Shown here one piece after another: positions 1 through 14,518 of a DNA stretch of 64,000 nucleotides. The stretch covers positions 5,580,001 to 5,644,000 of the forward strand of contig OZ024759.1 in assembly GCA_964016885.1 (NCBI GenBank), in the 5' to 3' direction. Source of the DNA: Eledone cirrhosa (taxonomy: Eukaryota). The stretch's first letter is position 1. Every line of letters begins with the position of its first letter. Both the position numbers and the translations under genes were made by a program. Below the pieces are notes generated by a model. That model did no database searches. It worked only from the letters and a program-made list of their open reading frames with translations, and was not told the origin of the DNA.

Positions 1-3000
1 AAGTCATGGTACTAGCTGTCAGAAGTAACTCCACTGTTGGTGAGAATTCATTTAAGTTCATGGTATTAGTTTGTCAGAAGTAACTCCACTGTTGGTGAGA
101 ATTCATTTAAGTCATGGTATTAGTTGTCAGAAGTAACTCCAATGTTGGTGAGAATTCATTTAAGTTCATGGTATTAGCTGTCAGAAGTAACTCCACTGTT
201 GGTGAGAATTCATTTAAGTTCATGGTACTAGCTGTCAGAAGTAACTCCACTGTTGGTGAGAATTCATTTAAGTTCATGGTATTAGTTTGTCAGAAGTAAC
301 TCCACTGTTGGTGAGAATTCATTTAAGTCATGGTACTAGCTGTCAGATGTAACTCCAATGTTGGTGAGAATTCATTTAAGTTCATGGTATTAGCTGTCAG
401 AAGTAACTCCACTGTTGGTGAGAATTCATTTAAGTTCATGGTACTAGCTGTCAGAAGTAACTCCAATGTTGGTGAGAATTCATTTAAGTTCATGGTATTA
501 GCTGTCAGAAGTAACTCCACTGTTGGTGAGAATTCATTTAAGTCATGGTATTAGCTGTCAGAAGTAACTCCAATGTTGGTGAGAATTCATTTAAGTTCAT
601 GGTATTAGCTGTCAGAAGTAACTCCACTGTTGGTGAGAATTCATTTAAGTTCATGGTATTAGCTGTCAGAAGTAACCCCACTGTTGGTGAGAATTCATTT
701 AAGTTCATGGTACTAGCTGTCAGAAGTAACTCCACTGTTGGTGAGAATTCATTTAAGTTTATGGTATTAGCTGTCAGAAGTAACTCCAATGTTGGTGAGA
801 ATTCATTTAAGTTCATGGTATTAGCTGTCAGAAGTAACTCCAATGTTGGTGAGAATTCATTTAAGTTCATGTTATTAGCTGTCAGAAGTAACTCCACTGT
901 TGGTGAGAATTCATTTAAGTTCATGGTACTAGCTGTCAGAAGTAACTCCACTGTTGGTGAGAATTCATTTAAGTTCATGGTATTAGTTTGTCAGAAGTAA
1001 CTCCACTGTTGGTGAGAATTCATTTAAGTCATGGTATTAGCTGTCAGAAGTAACTCCAATGTTGGTGAGAATTCATTTAATTTCATGGTATTAGCTGTCA
1101 GAAGTAACTCCACTGTTGGTGAGAATTCATTTAAGTTCATGGTATTAGCTGTCAGAAGTAACTCCACTGTTGGTGAGAATTCATTTAAGTTCATGGTACT
1201 AGCTGTCAGAAGTAACTCCACTGTTGGTGAGAATTCATTTAAGTTCATGGTATTAGTTTGTCAGAAGTAACTCCACTGTTGGTGAGAATTCATTTAAGTC
1301 ATGGTATTAGCTGTCAGAAGTAACTCCATTGTTGGTGAGAATTCATTTAAGTCATGGTACTAGCTGTCAGAAATAACTCCACTGTTGGTGAGAATTCATT
1401 TAAGTTCATGGTATTAGTTTGTCAGAAGTAACTCCACTGTTGGTGAGAATTCATTTAAGTCATGGTATTAGTTGTCAGAAGTAACTCCAATGTTGGTGAG
1501 AATTCATTTAAGTTCATGGTACTAGCTGTCAGAAGTAACTCCATTGTTGGTGAGAATTCATTTAAGTTCATGGTACTAGCTGTCAGAAGTAACTCCACTG
1601 TTGGTGAGAATTCATTTAAGTTCATGGTATTAGTTTGTCAGAAGTAACTCCACTGTTGGTGAGAATTCATTTAAGTTCATGGTATTAGCTGTCAGAAGTC
1701 ACTCCACTGTTGGTGAGAATTCATTTAAGTTCATGGTACTAGCTGTCAGAAGTAACCCCAATATTGGTGAGAATTCATTTAAGTTCATGGTATTAGCTGT
1801 CAGAAGTCACTCCAATGTTGGTGAGAATTCATTTAAGTTCATGGTATTAGCTGTCAGAAGTAACTCCACTGTTGGTGAGAATTCATTTAAGTTCATGGTA
1901 TTAGCTGTCAGAAGTAACTCCACTGTTGGTGAGAATTCATTTAAGTTCATGGTATTAGCTGTCAGAAGTAACTCCACTGTTGGTGAGAATTCATTTAAGT
2001 TCATGGTACTAGCTGTCAGAAGTAACTCCAATGTTGGTGAGAATTCATTTAAGTTCATGGTATTAGCTGTCAGAAGGAACTCCACTGTTGGTGAGAATTC
2101 ATTTAAGTTCATGGTATTAGCTGTCAGAAGTAACTCCACTGTTGGTGAGAATTCATTTAAGTTCATGGTACTAGCTGTCAGAAGTAACTCCAATGTTGGT
2201 GAGAATTCATTTAAGTTCATGGTATTAGCTGTCAGAAGTAACTCCACTGTTGGTGAGAATTCATTTAAGTCATGGTATTAGTTTGTCAGAAGTAACTCCA
2301 CTGTTGGTGAGAATTCATTTAAGTCATGGTATTAGTTGTCAGAAGTAACTCCAATGTTGGTGAGAATTCATTTAAGTTCATGGTACTAGCTGTCAGAAGT
2401 AACTCCATTGTTGGTGAGAATTCATTTAAGTTCATGGTATTAGCTGTCAGAAGTAACTCCACTGTTGGTGAGAATTCATTTAAGTTCATGGTACTAGCTG
2501 TCAGAAGTAACTCCACTGTTGGTGAGAATTCATTTAAGTGTCATGGTATTAGCTGTCAGAAGTAACTCCAATGTTGGTGAGAATTCATTTAAGTTCATGG
2601 TATTAGCTGTCAGAAGTAACTCCACTGTTGGTGAGAATTCATTTAAGTTCATGGTATTAGCTGTCAGAAGTAACTCCACTGTTGGTGAGAATTCATTTAA
2701 GTTCATGGTACTAGCTGTCAGAAGTAACTCCACTGTTGGTGAGAATTCATTTAAGTTCATGGTATTAGTTTGTGAGAAGTAACTCCACTGTTGGTGAGAA
2801 TTCATTTAAGTCATGGTATTAGCTGTCAGAAGTAACTCCAATGTTGGTGAGAATTCATTTAAGTTCATGGTATTAGCTTTCAGAAGTAACTCCACTGTTG
2901 GTGAGAATTCATTTAAGTTCATGGTATTAGCTGTCAGAAGTAACTCCACTGTTGGTGAGAATTCATTTAAGTTCATGGTACTAGCTGTCAGAAGTAACTC

Positions 3001-4375
3001 CACTGTTGGTGAGAATTCATTTAAGTTCATGGTATTAGTTTGTCAGAAGTAACTCCACTGTTGGTGAGAATTCATTTAAGTCATGGTACTAGCTGTCAAA
3101 AGTAACTCCACTGTTGGTGAGAATTCATTTAAGTTCATGGTATTAGCTGTCAGAAGGAACGCCACTGTTGGTGAGAATTCATTTAAGTTCATGGTATTAG
3201 CTGTCAGAAGTAACTCCACTGTTGGTGAGAATTCATTTAAGTTCATGGTACTAGCTGTCAGAAGTAACTCCAATGTTGGTGGGAATTCATTTAAGTTCAT
3301 GGTATTAGCTGTCAGAAGGAACTCCACTGTTGGTGAGAATTCATTTAAGTTCATGGTATTAGCTGTCAGAAGTAACTTCACTGTTGGTGAGAATTCATTT
3401 AAGTTCATGGTACTAGCTGTCAGAAGTAACTCCAATGTTGGTGAGAATTCATTTAAGTTCATGGTATTAGCTGTCAGAATTAACTCCACTGTTGGTGAGA
3501 ATTCATTTAAGTTCATGGTATTAGCTGTCAGAAGGAACTCCAATGTTGGTGAGAATTCATTTAAGTCATGGTACTAGCTGTCAGAAGAAACTCCACTGTT
3601 GGTGAGAATTCATTTAAGTTCATGGTATTAGCTGTCAGAAGGAACGCCACTGTTGGTGAGAATTCATTTAAGTTCATGGTATTAGCTGTCAGAAGTAACT
3701 CCACTGTTGGTGAGAATTCATTTAAGTTCATGGTACTAGCTGTCAGAAGTAACTCCAATGTTGGTGAGAATTCATTTAAGTCATGGTACTAGCTGTCAGA
3801 AGTAACTCCACTGTTGGTGAGAATTCATTTAAGTTCATGGTATTAGTTTGTCAGAAGTAACTCCACTGTTGGTGAGAATTCATTTAAGTCATGGTATTAG
3901 TTGTCAGAAGTAACTCCAATGTTGGTGAGAATTCATTTAAGTTCATGGTATTAGCTGTCAGAAGTAACGCCACTGTTGGTGAGAATTCATTTAAGTTCAT
4001 GGTACTAGCTGTCAGAAGTAACTCCACTGTTGGTGAGAATTCATTTAAGTTCATGGTATTAGTTTGTCAGAAGTAACTCCACTGTTGGTGAGAATTCATT
4101 TAAGTCATGGTACTAGCTGTCAGATGTAACTCCAATGTTGGTGAGAATTCATTTAAGTTCATGGTATTAGCTGTCAGAAGTAACTCCACTGTTGGTGAGA
4201 ATTCATTTAAGTTCATGGTACTAGCTGTCAGAAGTAACTCCAATGTTGGTGAGAATTCATTTAAGTTCATGGTATTAGCTGTCAGAAGTAACTCCACTGT
4301 TGGTGAGAATTCATTTAAGTCATGGTATTAGCTGTCAGAAGTAACTCCAATGTTGGTGAGAATTCATTTAAGTTC

Positions 4376-7300
4376 ATGGTATTAGCTGTCAGAAGTAACT
4401 CCACAGTTGGTGAGAATTCATTTAAGTTCATGGTATTAGCTGTCAGAAGTAACCCCACTGTTGGTGAGAATTCATTTAAGTTCATGGTACTAGCTGTCAG
4501 AAGTAACTCCACTGTTGGTGAGAATTCATTTAAGTTTATGGTATTAGCTGTCAGAAGTAACTCCAATGTTGGTGAGAATTCATTTAAGTTCATGGTATTA
4601 GCTGTCAGAAGTAACTCCAATGTTGGTGAGAATTCATTTAAGTTCATGTTATTAGCTGTCAGAAGTAACTCCACTGTTGGTGAGAATTCATTTAAGTTCA
4701 TGGTACTAGCTGTCAGAAGTAACTCCACTGTTGGTGAGAATTCATTTAAGTTCATGGTATTAGTTTGTCAGAAGTAACTCCACTGTTGGTGAGAATTCAT
4801 TTAAGTCATGGTATTAGCTGTCAGAAGTAACTCCAATGTTGGTGAGAATTCATTTAATTTCATGGTATTAGCTGTCAGAAGTAACTCCACTGTTGGTGAG
4901 AATTCATTTAAGTTCATGGTATTAGCTGTCAGAAGTAACTCCACTGTTGGTGAGAATTCATTTAAGTTCATGGTACTAGCTGTCAGAAGTAACTCCACTG
5001 TTGGTGAGAATTCATTTAAGTTCATGGTATTAGTTTGTCAGAAGTAACTCCACTGTTGGTGAGAATTCATTTAAGTCATGGTATTAGTTGTCAGAAGTAA
5101 CTCCAATGTTGGTGAGAATTCATTTAAGTTCATGGTATTAGCTGTCAGAAGTAACTCCAATGTTGGTGAGAATTCATTTAAGTTCATGGTATTAGCTGTC
5201 AGAAGTAACTCCACTGTTGGTGAGAATTCATTTAAGTCATGGTATTAGCTGTCAGAAGTAACTCCATTGTTGGTGAGAATTCATTTAAGTCATGGTACTA
5301 GCTGTCAGAAATAACTCCACTGTTGGTGAGAATTCATTTAAGTTCATGGTATTAGTTTGTCAGAAGTAACTCCACTGTTGGTGAGAATTCATTTAAGTCA
5401 TGGTATTAGTTGTCAGAAGTAACTCCAATGTTGGTGAGAATTCATTTAAGTTCATGGTACTAGCTGTCAGAAGTAACTCCATTGTTGGTGAGAATTCATT
5501 TAAGTTCATGGTACTAGCTGTCAGAAGTAACTCCACTGTTGGTGAGAATTCATTTAAGTTCATGGTATTAGTTTGTCAGAAGTAACTCCACTGTTGGTGA
5601 GAATTCATTTAAGTTCATGGTATTAGCTGTCAGAAGTCACTCCACTGTTGGTGAGAATTCATTTAAGTTCATGGTACTAGCTGTCAGAAGTAACCCCAAT
5701 ATTGGTGAGAATTCATTTAAGTTCATGGTATTAGCTGTCAGAAGTCACTCCAATGTTGGTGAGAATTCATTTAAGTTCATGGTATTAGCTGTCAGAAGTA
5801 ACTCCACTGTTGGTGAGAATTCATTTAAGTTCATGGTATTAGCTGTCAGAAGTAACTCCACTGTTGGTGAGAATTCATTTAAGTTCATGGTATTAGCTGT
5901 CAGAAGTAACTCCACTGTTGGTGAGAATTCATTTAAGTTTATGGTATTAGCTGTCAGAAGTAACTCCAATGTTGGTGAGAATTCATTTAAGTTCATGGTA
6001 TTAGCTGTCAGAAGTAACTCCAATGTTGGTGAGAATTCATTTAAGTTCATGTTATTAGCTGTCAGAAGTAACTCCACTGTTGGTGAGAATTCATTTAAGT
6101 TCATGGTACTAGCTGTCAGAAGTAACTCCACTGTTGGTGAGAATTCATTTAAGTTCATGGTATTAGTTTGTCAGAAGTAACTCCACTGTTGGTGAGAATT
6201 CATTTAAGTCATGGTATTAGCTGTCAGAAGTAACTCCAATGTTGGTGAGAATTCATTTAATTTCATGGTATTAGCTGTCAGAAGTAACTCCACTGTTGGT
6301 GAGAATTCATTTAAGTTCATGGTATTAGCTGTCAGAAGTAACTCCACTGTTGGTGAGAATTCATTTAAGTTCATGGTACTAGCTGTCAGAAGTAACTCCA
6401 CTGTTGGTGAGAATTCATTTAAGTTCATGGTATTAGTTTGTCAGAAGTAACTCCACTGTTGGTGAGAATTCATTTAAGTCATGGTATTAGTTGTCAGAAG
6501 TAACTCCAATGTTGGTGAGAATTCATTTAAGTTCATGGTATTAGCTGTCAGAAGTAACTCCAATGTTGGTGAGAATTCATTTAAGTTCATGGTATTAGCT
6601 GTCAGAAGTAACTCCACTGTTGGTGAGAATTCATTTAAGTCATGGTATTAGCTGTCAGAAGTAACTCCATTGTTGGTGAGAATTCATTTAAGTCATGGTA
6701 CTAGCTGTCAGAAATAACTCCACTGTTGGTGAGAATTCATTTAAGTTCATGGTATTAGTTTGTCAGAAGTAACTCCACTGTTGGTGAGAATTCATTTAAG
6801 TCATGGTATTAGTTGTCAGAAGTAACTCCAATGTTGGTGAGAATTCATTTAAGTTCATGGTACTAGCTGTCAGAAGTAACTCCATTGTTGGTGAGAATTC
6901 ATTTAAGTTCATGGTACTAGCTGTCAGAAGTAACTCCACTGTTGGTGAGAATTCATTTAAGTTCATGGTATTAGTTTGTCAGAAGTAACTCCACTGTTGG
7001 TGAGAATTCATTTAAGTTCATGGTATTAGCTGTCAGAAGTCACTCCACTGTTGGTGAGAATTCATTTAAGTTCATGGTACTAGCTGTCAGAAGTAACCCC
7101 AATATTGGTGAGAATTCATTTAAGTTCATGGTATTAGCTGTCAGAAGTCACTCCAATGTTGGTGAGAATTCATTTAAGTTCATGGTATTAGCTGTCAGAA
7201 GTAACTCCACTGTTGGTGAGAATTCATTTAAGTTCATGGTATTAGCTGTCAGAAGTAACTCCACTGTTGGTGAGAATTCATTTAAGTTCATGGTATTAGC

Positions 7301-10300
7301 TGTCAGAAGTAACTCCACTGTTGGTGAGAATTCATTTAAGTTCATGGTACTAGCTGTCAGAAGTAACTCCAATGTTGGTGAGAATTCATTTAAGTTCATG
7401 GTATTAGCTGTCAGAAGGAACTCCACTGTTGGTGAGAATTCATTTAAGTTCATGGTATTAGCTGTCAGAAGTAACTCCACTGTTGGTGAGAATTCATTTA
7501 AGTTCATGGTACTAGCTGTCAGAAGTAACTCCAATGTTGGTGAGAATTCATTTAAGTTCATGGTATTAGCTGTCAGAAGTAACTCCACTGTTGGTGAGAA
7601 TTCATTTAAGTCATGGTATTAGTTTGTCAGAAGTAACTCCACTGTTGGTGAGAATTCATTTAAGTCATGGTATTAGTTGTCAGAAGTAACTCCAATGTTG
7701 GTGAGAATTCATTTAAGTTCATGGTACTAGCTGTCAGAAGTAACTCCATTGTTGGTGAGAATTCATTTAAGTTCATGGTATTAGCTGTCAGAAGTAACTC
7801 CACTGTTGGTGAGAATTCATTTAAGTTCATGGTACTAGCTGTCAGAAGTAACTCCACTGTTGGTGAGAATTCATTTAAGTGTCATGGTATTAGCTGTCAG
7901 AAGTAACTCCAATGTTGGTGAGAATTCATTTAAGTTCATGGTATTAGCTGTCAGAAGTAACTCCACTGTTGGTGAGAATTCATTTAAGTTCATGGTATTA
8001 GCTGTCAGAAGTAACTCCACTGTTGGTGAGAATTCATTTAAGTTCATGGTACTAGCTGTCAGAAGTAACTCCACTGTTGGTGAGAATTCATTTAAGTTCA
8101 TGGTATTAGTTTGTGAGAAGTAACTCCACTGTTGGTGAGAATTCATTTAAGTCATGGTATTAGCTGTCAGAAGTAACTCCAATGTTGGTGAGAATTCATT
8201 TAAGTTCATGGTATTAGCTTTCAGAAGTAACTCCACTGTTGGTGAGAATTCATTTAAGTTCATGGTATTAGCTGTCAGAAGTAACTCCACTGTTGGTGAG
8301 AATTCATTTAAGTTCATGGTATTAGCTGTCAGAAGTAACTCCACAGTTGGTGAGAATTCATTTAAGTTCATGGTATTAGCTGTCAGAAGTAACCCCACTG
8401 TTGGTGAGAATTCATTTAAGTTCATGGTACTAGCTGTCAGAAGTAACTCCACTGTTGGTGAGAATTCATTTAAGTTTATGGTATTAGCTGTCAGAAGTAA
8501 CTCCAATGTTGGTGAGAATTCATTTAAGTTCATGGTATTAGCTGTCAGAAGTAACTCCAATGTTGGTGAGAATTCATTTAAGTTCATGTTATTAGCTGTC
8601 AGAAGTAACTCCACTGTTGGTGAGAATTCATTTAAGTTCATGGTACTAGCTGTCAGAAGTAACTCCACTGTTGGTGAGAATTCATTTAAGTTCATGGTAT
8701 TAGTTTGTCAGAAGTAACTCCACTGTTGGTGAGAATTCATTTAAGTCATGGTATTAGCTGTCAGAAGTAACTCCAATGTTGGTGAGAATTCATTTAATTT
8801 CATGGTATTAGCTGTCAGAAGTAACTCCACTGTTGGTGAGAATTCATTTAAGTTCATGGTATTAGCTGTCAGAAGTAACTCCACTGTTGGTGAGAATTCA
8901 TTTAAGTTCATGGTACTAGCTGTCAGAAGTAACTCCACTGTTGGTGAGAATTCATTTAAGTTCATGGTATTAGTTTGTCAGAAGTAACTCCACTGTTGGT
9001 GAGAATTCATTTAAGTCATGGTATTAGTTGTCAGAAGTAACTCCAATGTTGGTGAGAATTCATTTAAGTTCATGGTATTAGCTGTCAGAAGTAACTCCAA
9101 TGTTGGTGAGAATTCATTTAAGTTCATGGTATTAGCTGTCAGAAGTAACTCCACTGTTGGTGAGAATTCATTTAAGTCATGGTATTAGCTGTCAGAAGTA
9201 ACTCCATTGTTGGTGAGAATTCATTTAAGTCATGGTACTAGCTGTCAGAAATAACTCCACTGTTGGTGAGAATTCATTTAAGTTCATGGTATTAGTTTGT
9301 CAGAAGTAACTCCACTGTTGGTGAGAATTCATTTAAGTCATGGTATTAGTTGTCAGAAGTAACTCCAATGTTGGTGAGAATTCATTTAAGTTCATGGTAC
9401 TAGCTGTCAGAAGTAACTCCATTGTTGGTGAGAATTCATTTAAGTTCATGGTACTAGCTGTCAGAAGTAACTCCACTGTTGGTGAGAATTCATTTAAGTT
9501 CATGGTATTAGTTTGTCAGAAGTAACTCCACTGTTGGTGAGAATTCATTTAAGTTCATGGTATTAGCTGTCAGAAGTCACTCCACTGTTGGTGAGAATTC
9601 ATTTAAGTTCATGGTACTAGCTGTCAGAAGTAACCCCAATATTGGTGAGAATTCATTTAAGTTCATGGTATTAGCTGTCAGAAGTCACTCCAATGTTGCT
9701 GAGAATTCATTTAAGTTCATGGTATTAGCTGTCAGAAGTAACTCCACTGTTGGTGAGAATTCATTTAAGTTCATGGTATTAGCTGTCAGAAGTAACTCCA
9801 CTGTTGGTGAGAATTCATTTAAGTTCATGGTATTAGCTGTCAGAAGTAACTCCACTGTTGGTGAGAATTCATTTAAGTTTATGGTATTAGCTGTCAGAAG
9901 TAACTCCAATGTTGGTGAGAATTCATTTAAGTTCATGGTATTAGCTGTCAGAAGTAACTCCAATGTTGGTGAGAATTCATTTAAGTTCATGTTATTAGCT
10001 GTCAGAAGTAACTCCACTGTTGGTGAGAATTCATTTAAGTTCATGGTACTAGCTGTCAGAAGTAACTCCACTGTTGGTGAGAATTCATTTAAGTTCATGG
10101 TATTAGTTTGTCAGAAGTAACTCCACTGTTGGTGAGAATTCATTTAAGTCATGGTATTAGCTGTCAGAAGTAACTCCAATGTTGGTGAGAATTCATTTAA
10201 TTTCATGGTATTAGCTGTCAGAAGTAACTCCACTGTTGGTGAGAATTCATTTAAGTTCATGGTATTAGCTGTCAGAAGTAACTCCACTGTTGGTGAGAAT

Positions 10301-12255
10301 TCATTTAAGTTCATGGTACTAGCTGTCAGAAGTAACTCCACTGTTGGTGAGAATTCATTTAAGTTCATGGTATTAGTTTGTCAGAAGTAACTCCACTGTT
10401 GGTGAGAATTCATTTAAGTCATGGTATTAGTTGTCAGAAGTAACTCCAATGTTGGTGAGAATTCATTTAAGTTCATGGTATTAGCTGTCAGAAGTAACTC
10501 CAATGTTGGTGAGAATTCATTTAAGTTCATGGTATTAGCTGTCAGAAGTAACTCCACTGTTGGTGAGAATTCATTTAAGTCATGGTATTAGCTGTCAGAA
10601 GTAACTCCATTGTTGGTGAGAATTCATTTAAGTCATGGTACTAGCTGTCAGAAATAACTCCACTGTTGGTGAGAATTCATTTAAGTTCATGGTATTAGTT
10701 TGTCAGAAGTAACTCCACTGTTGGTGAGAATTCATTTAAGTCATGGTATTAGTTGTCAGAAGTAACTCCAATGTTGGTGAGAATTCATTTAAGTTCATGG
10801 TACTAGCTGTCAGAAGTAACTCCATTGTTGGTGAGAATTCATTTAAGTTCATGGTACTAGCTGTCAGAAGTAACTCCACTGTTGGTGAGAATTCATTTAA
10901 GTTCATGGTATTAGTTTGTCAGAAGTAACTCCACTGTTGGTGAGAATTCATTTAAGTTCATGGTATTAGCTGTCAGAAGTCACTCCACTGTTGGTGAGAA
11001 TTCATTTAAGTTCATGGTACTAGCTGTCAGAAGTAACCCCAATATTGGTGAGAATTCATTTAAGTTCATGGTATTAGCTGTCAGAAGTCACTCCAATGTT
11101 GGTGAGAATTCATTTAAGTTCATGGTATTAGCTGTCAGAAGTAACTCCACTGTTGGTGAGAATTCATTTAAGTTCATGGTATTAGCTGTCAGAAGTAACT
11201 CCACTGTTGGTGAGAATTCATTTAAGTTCATGGTATTAGCTGTCAGAAGTAACTCCACTGTTGGTGAGAATTCATTTAAGTTCATGGTACTAGCTGTCAG
11301 AAGTAACTCCAATGTTGGTGAGAATTCATTTAAGTTCATGGTATTAGTTGTCAGAAGGAACTCCACTGTTGGTGAGAATTCATTTAAGTTCATGGTATTA
11401 GCTGTCAGAAGTAACTCCACTGTTGGTGAGAATTCATTTAAGTTCATGGTACTAGCTGTCAGAAGTAACTCCAATGTTGGTGAGAATTCATTTAAGTTCA
11501 TGGTATTAGCTGTCAGAAGTAACTCCACTGTTGGTGAGAATTCATTTAAGTCATGGTATTAGTTTGTCAGAAGTAACTCCACTGTTGGTGAGAATTCATT
11601 TAAGTCATGGTATTAGTTGTCAGAAGTAACTCCAATGTTGGTGAGAATTCATTTAAGTTCATGGTACTAGCTGTCAGAAGTAACTCCATTGTTGGTGAGA
11701 ATTCATTTAAGTTCATGGTATTAGCTGTCAGAAGTAACTCCACTGTTGGTGAGAATTCATTTAAGTTCATGGTACTAGCTGTCAGAAGTAACTCCACTGT
11801 TGGTGAGAATTCATTTAAGTGTCATGGTATTAGCTGTCAGAAGTAACTCCAATGTTGGTGAGAATTCATTTAAGTTCATGGTATTAGCTGTCAGAAGTAA
11901 CTCCACTGTTGGTGAGAATTCATTTAAGTTCATGGTATTAGCTGTCAGAAGTAACTCCACTGTTGGTGAGAATTCATTTAAGTTCATGGTACTAGCTGTC
12001 AGAAGTAACTCCACTGTTGGTGAGAATTCATTTAAGTTCATGGTATTAGTTTGTGAGAAGTAACTCCACTGTTGGTGAGAATTCATTTAAGTCATGGTAT
12101 TAGCTGTCAGAAGTAACTCCAATGTTGGTGAGAATTCATTTAAGTTCATGGTATTAGCTTTCAGAAGTAACTCCACTGTTGGTGAGAATTCATTTAAGTT
12201 CATGGTATTAGCTGTCAGAAGTAACTCCACTGTTGGTGAGAATTCATTTAAGTTC
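4376..12255. repeat. Tandem duplication of a 3,940-bp (73-monomer) block
   Basis: The private variant CCACAGTTGG was seen only at 4401 and 8341 (+3940). ORF-track starts 5400/9340, 5617/9557, 7020/10960 and 8154/12094 share this offset. Confidence 0.87.
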
Positions 12256-14518
12256 ATGGTACTAGCTGTCAGAAGTAACTCCACTGTTGGTGAGAATTCA
12301 TTTAAGTTCATGGTATTAGTTTGTCAGAAGTAACTCCACTGTTGGTGAGAATTCATTTAAGTCATGGTACTAGCTGTCAGAAGTAACTCCACTGTTGGTG
12401 AGAATTCATTTAAGTTCATGGTATTAGCTGTCAGAAGGAACGCCACTGTTGGTGAGAATTCATTTAAGTTCATGGTATTAGCTGTCAGAAGTAACTCCAC
12501 TGTTGGTGAGAATTCATTTAAGTTCATGGTACTAGCTGTCAGAAGTAACTCCAATGTTGGTGGGAATTCATTTAAGTTCATGGTATTAGCTGTCAGAAGG
12601 AACTCCACTGTTGGTGAGAATTCATTTAAGTTCATGGTATTAGCTGTCAGAAGTAACTTCACTGTTGGTGAGAATTCATTTAAGTTCATGGTACTAGCTG
12701 TCAGAATTAACTCCACTGTTGGTGAGAATTCATTTAAGTTCATGGTATTAGCTGTCAGAAGTCACTCCAATGTTGGTGAGAATTCATTTAAGTTCATGGT
12801 ATTAGCTGTCAGAAGTAACTCCACTGTTGGTGAGAATTCATTTAAGTTCATGGTATTAGCTGTCAGAAGTAACTCCACTGTTGGTGAGAATTCTTTTAAG
12901 TTCATGGTATTAGCTGTCAGAAGTAACTCCACTGTTGGTGAGAATTCATTTAAGTTCATGGTACTAGCTGTCAGAAGTAACTCCAATGTTGGTGAGAATT
13001 CATTTAAGTTCATGGTATTAGCTGTCAGAAGGAACTCCACTGTTGGTGAGAATTCATTTAAGTTCATGGTATTAGCTGTCAGAAGTAACTCCACTGTTGG
13101 TGAGAATTCATTTAAGTTCATGGTACTAGCTGTCAGAAGTAACTCCAATGTTGGTGAGAATTCATTTAAGTTCATGGTATTAGCTGTCAGAAGTAACTCC
13201 ACTGTTGGTGAGAATTCATTTAAGTCATGGTATTAGCTGTCAGAAGTAACTCCAATGTTGGTGAGAATTCATTTAAGTTCATGGTATTAGCTGTCAGAAG
13301 TAACTCCACTGTTGGTGAGAATTCATTTAAGTTCATGGTATTAGCTGTCAGAAGTAACTCCACTGTTGGTGAGAATTCATTTAAGTTCATGGTACTAGCT
13401 GTCAGAAGTAACTCCAATGTTGGTGAGAATTCATTTAAGTTCATGGTATTAGCTGTCAGAATTAACTCCACTGTTGGTGAGAATTCATTTAAGTTCATGG
13501 TATTAGCTGTCAGAAGGAACTCCAATGTTGGTGAGAATTCATTTAAGTCATGGTACTAGCTGTCAGAAGAAACTCCACTGTTGGTGAGAATTCATTTAAG
13601 TTCATGGTATTAGCTGTCAGAAGGAACGCCACTGTTGGTGAGAATTCATTTAAGTTCATGGTATTAGCTGTCAGAAGTAACTCCACTGTTGGTGAGAATT
13701 CATTTAAGTTCATGTTACTAGCTGTCAGAAGTAACTCCAATGTTGGTGAGAATTCATTTAAGTCATGGTACTAGCTGTCAGAAGTAACTCCACTGTTGGT
13801 GAGAATTCATTTAAGTTCATGGTATTAGTTTGTCAGAAGTAACTCCACTGTTGGTGAGAATTCATTTAAGTCATGGTATTAGTTGTCAGAAGTAACTCCA
13901 ATGTTGGTGAGAATTCATTTAAGTTCATGGTATTAGCTGTCAGAAGTAACTCCACTGTTGGTGAGAATTCATTTAAGTTCATGGTACTAGCTGTCAGAAG
14001 TAACTCCACTGTTGGTGAGAATTCATTTAAGTTCATGGTATTAGTTTGTCAGAAGTAACTCCACTGTTGGTGAGAATTCATTTAAGTCATGGTACTAGCT
14101 GTCAGATGTAACTCCAATGTTGGTGAGAATTCATTTAAGTTCATGGTATTAGCTGTCAGAAGTAACTCCACTGTTGGTGAGAATTCATTTAAGTTCATGG
14201 TACTAGCTGTCAGAAGTAACTCCAATGTTGGTGAGAATTCATTTAAGTTCATGGTATTAGCTGTCAGAAGTAACTCCACTGTTGGTGAGAATTCATTTAA
14301 GTCATGGTATTAGCTGTCAGAAGTAACTCCAATGTTGGTGAGAATTCATTTAAGTTCATGGTATTAGCTGTCAGAAGTAACTCCACTGTTGGTGAGAATT
14401 CATTTAAGTTCATGGTATTAGCTGTCAGAAGTAACCCCACTGTTGGTGAGAATTCATTTAAGTTCATGGTACTAGCTGTCAGAAGTAACTCCACTGTTGG
14501 TGAGAATTCATTTAAGTT
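9880..14518. repeat. One complete 4,639-bp (86-monomer) HOR unit of domain A
   Basis: Markers recur at +4639: AAGTTTATG 9880/14519, and ORF-track starts 10151/14790, 10743/15382 and 10960/15599. 86x54=4644, less 5 net 1-bp deletions. Confidence 0.8.
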
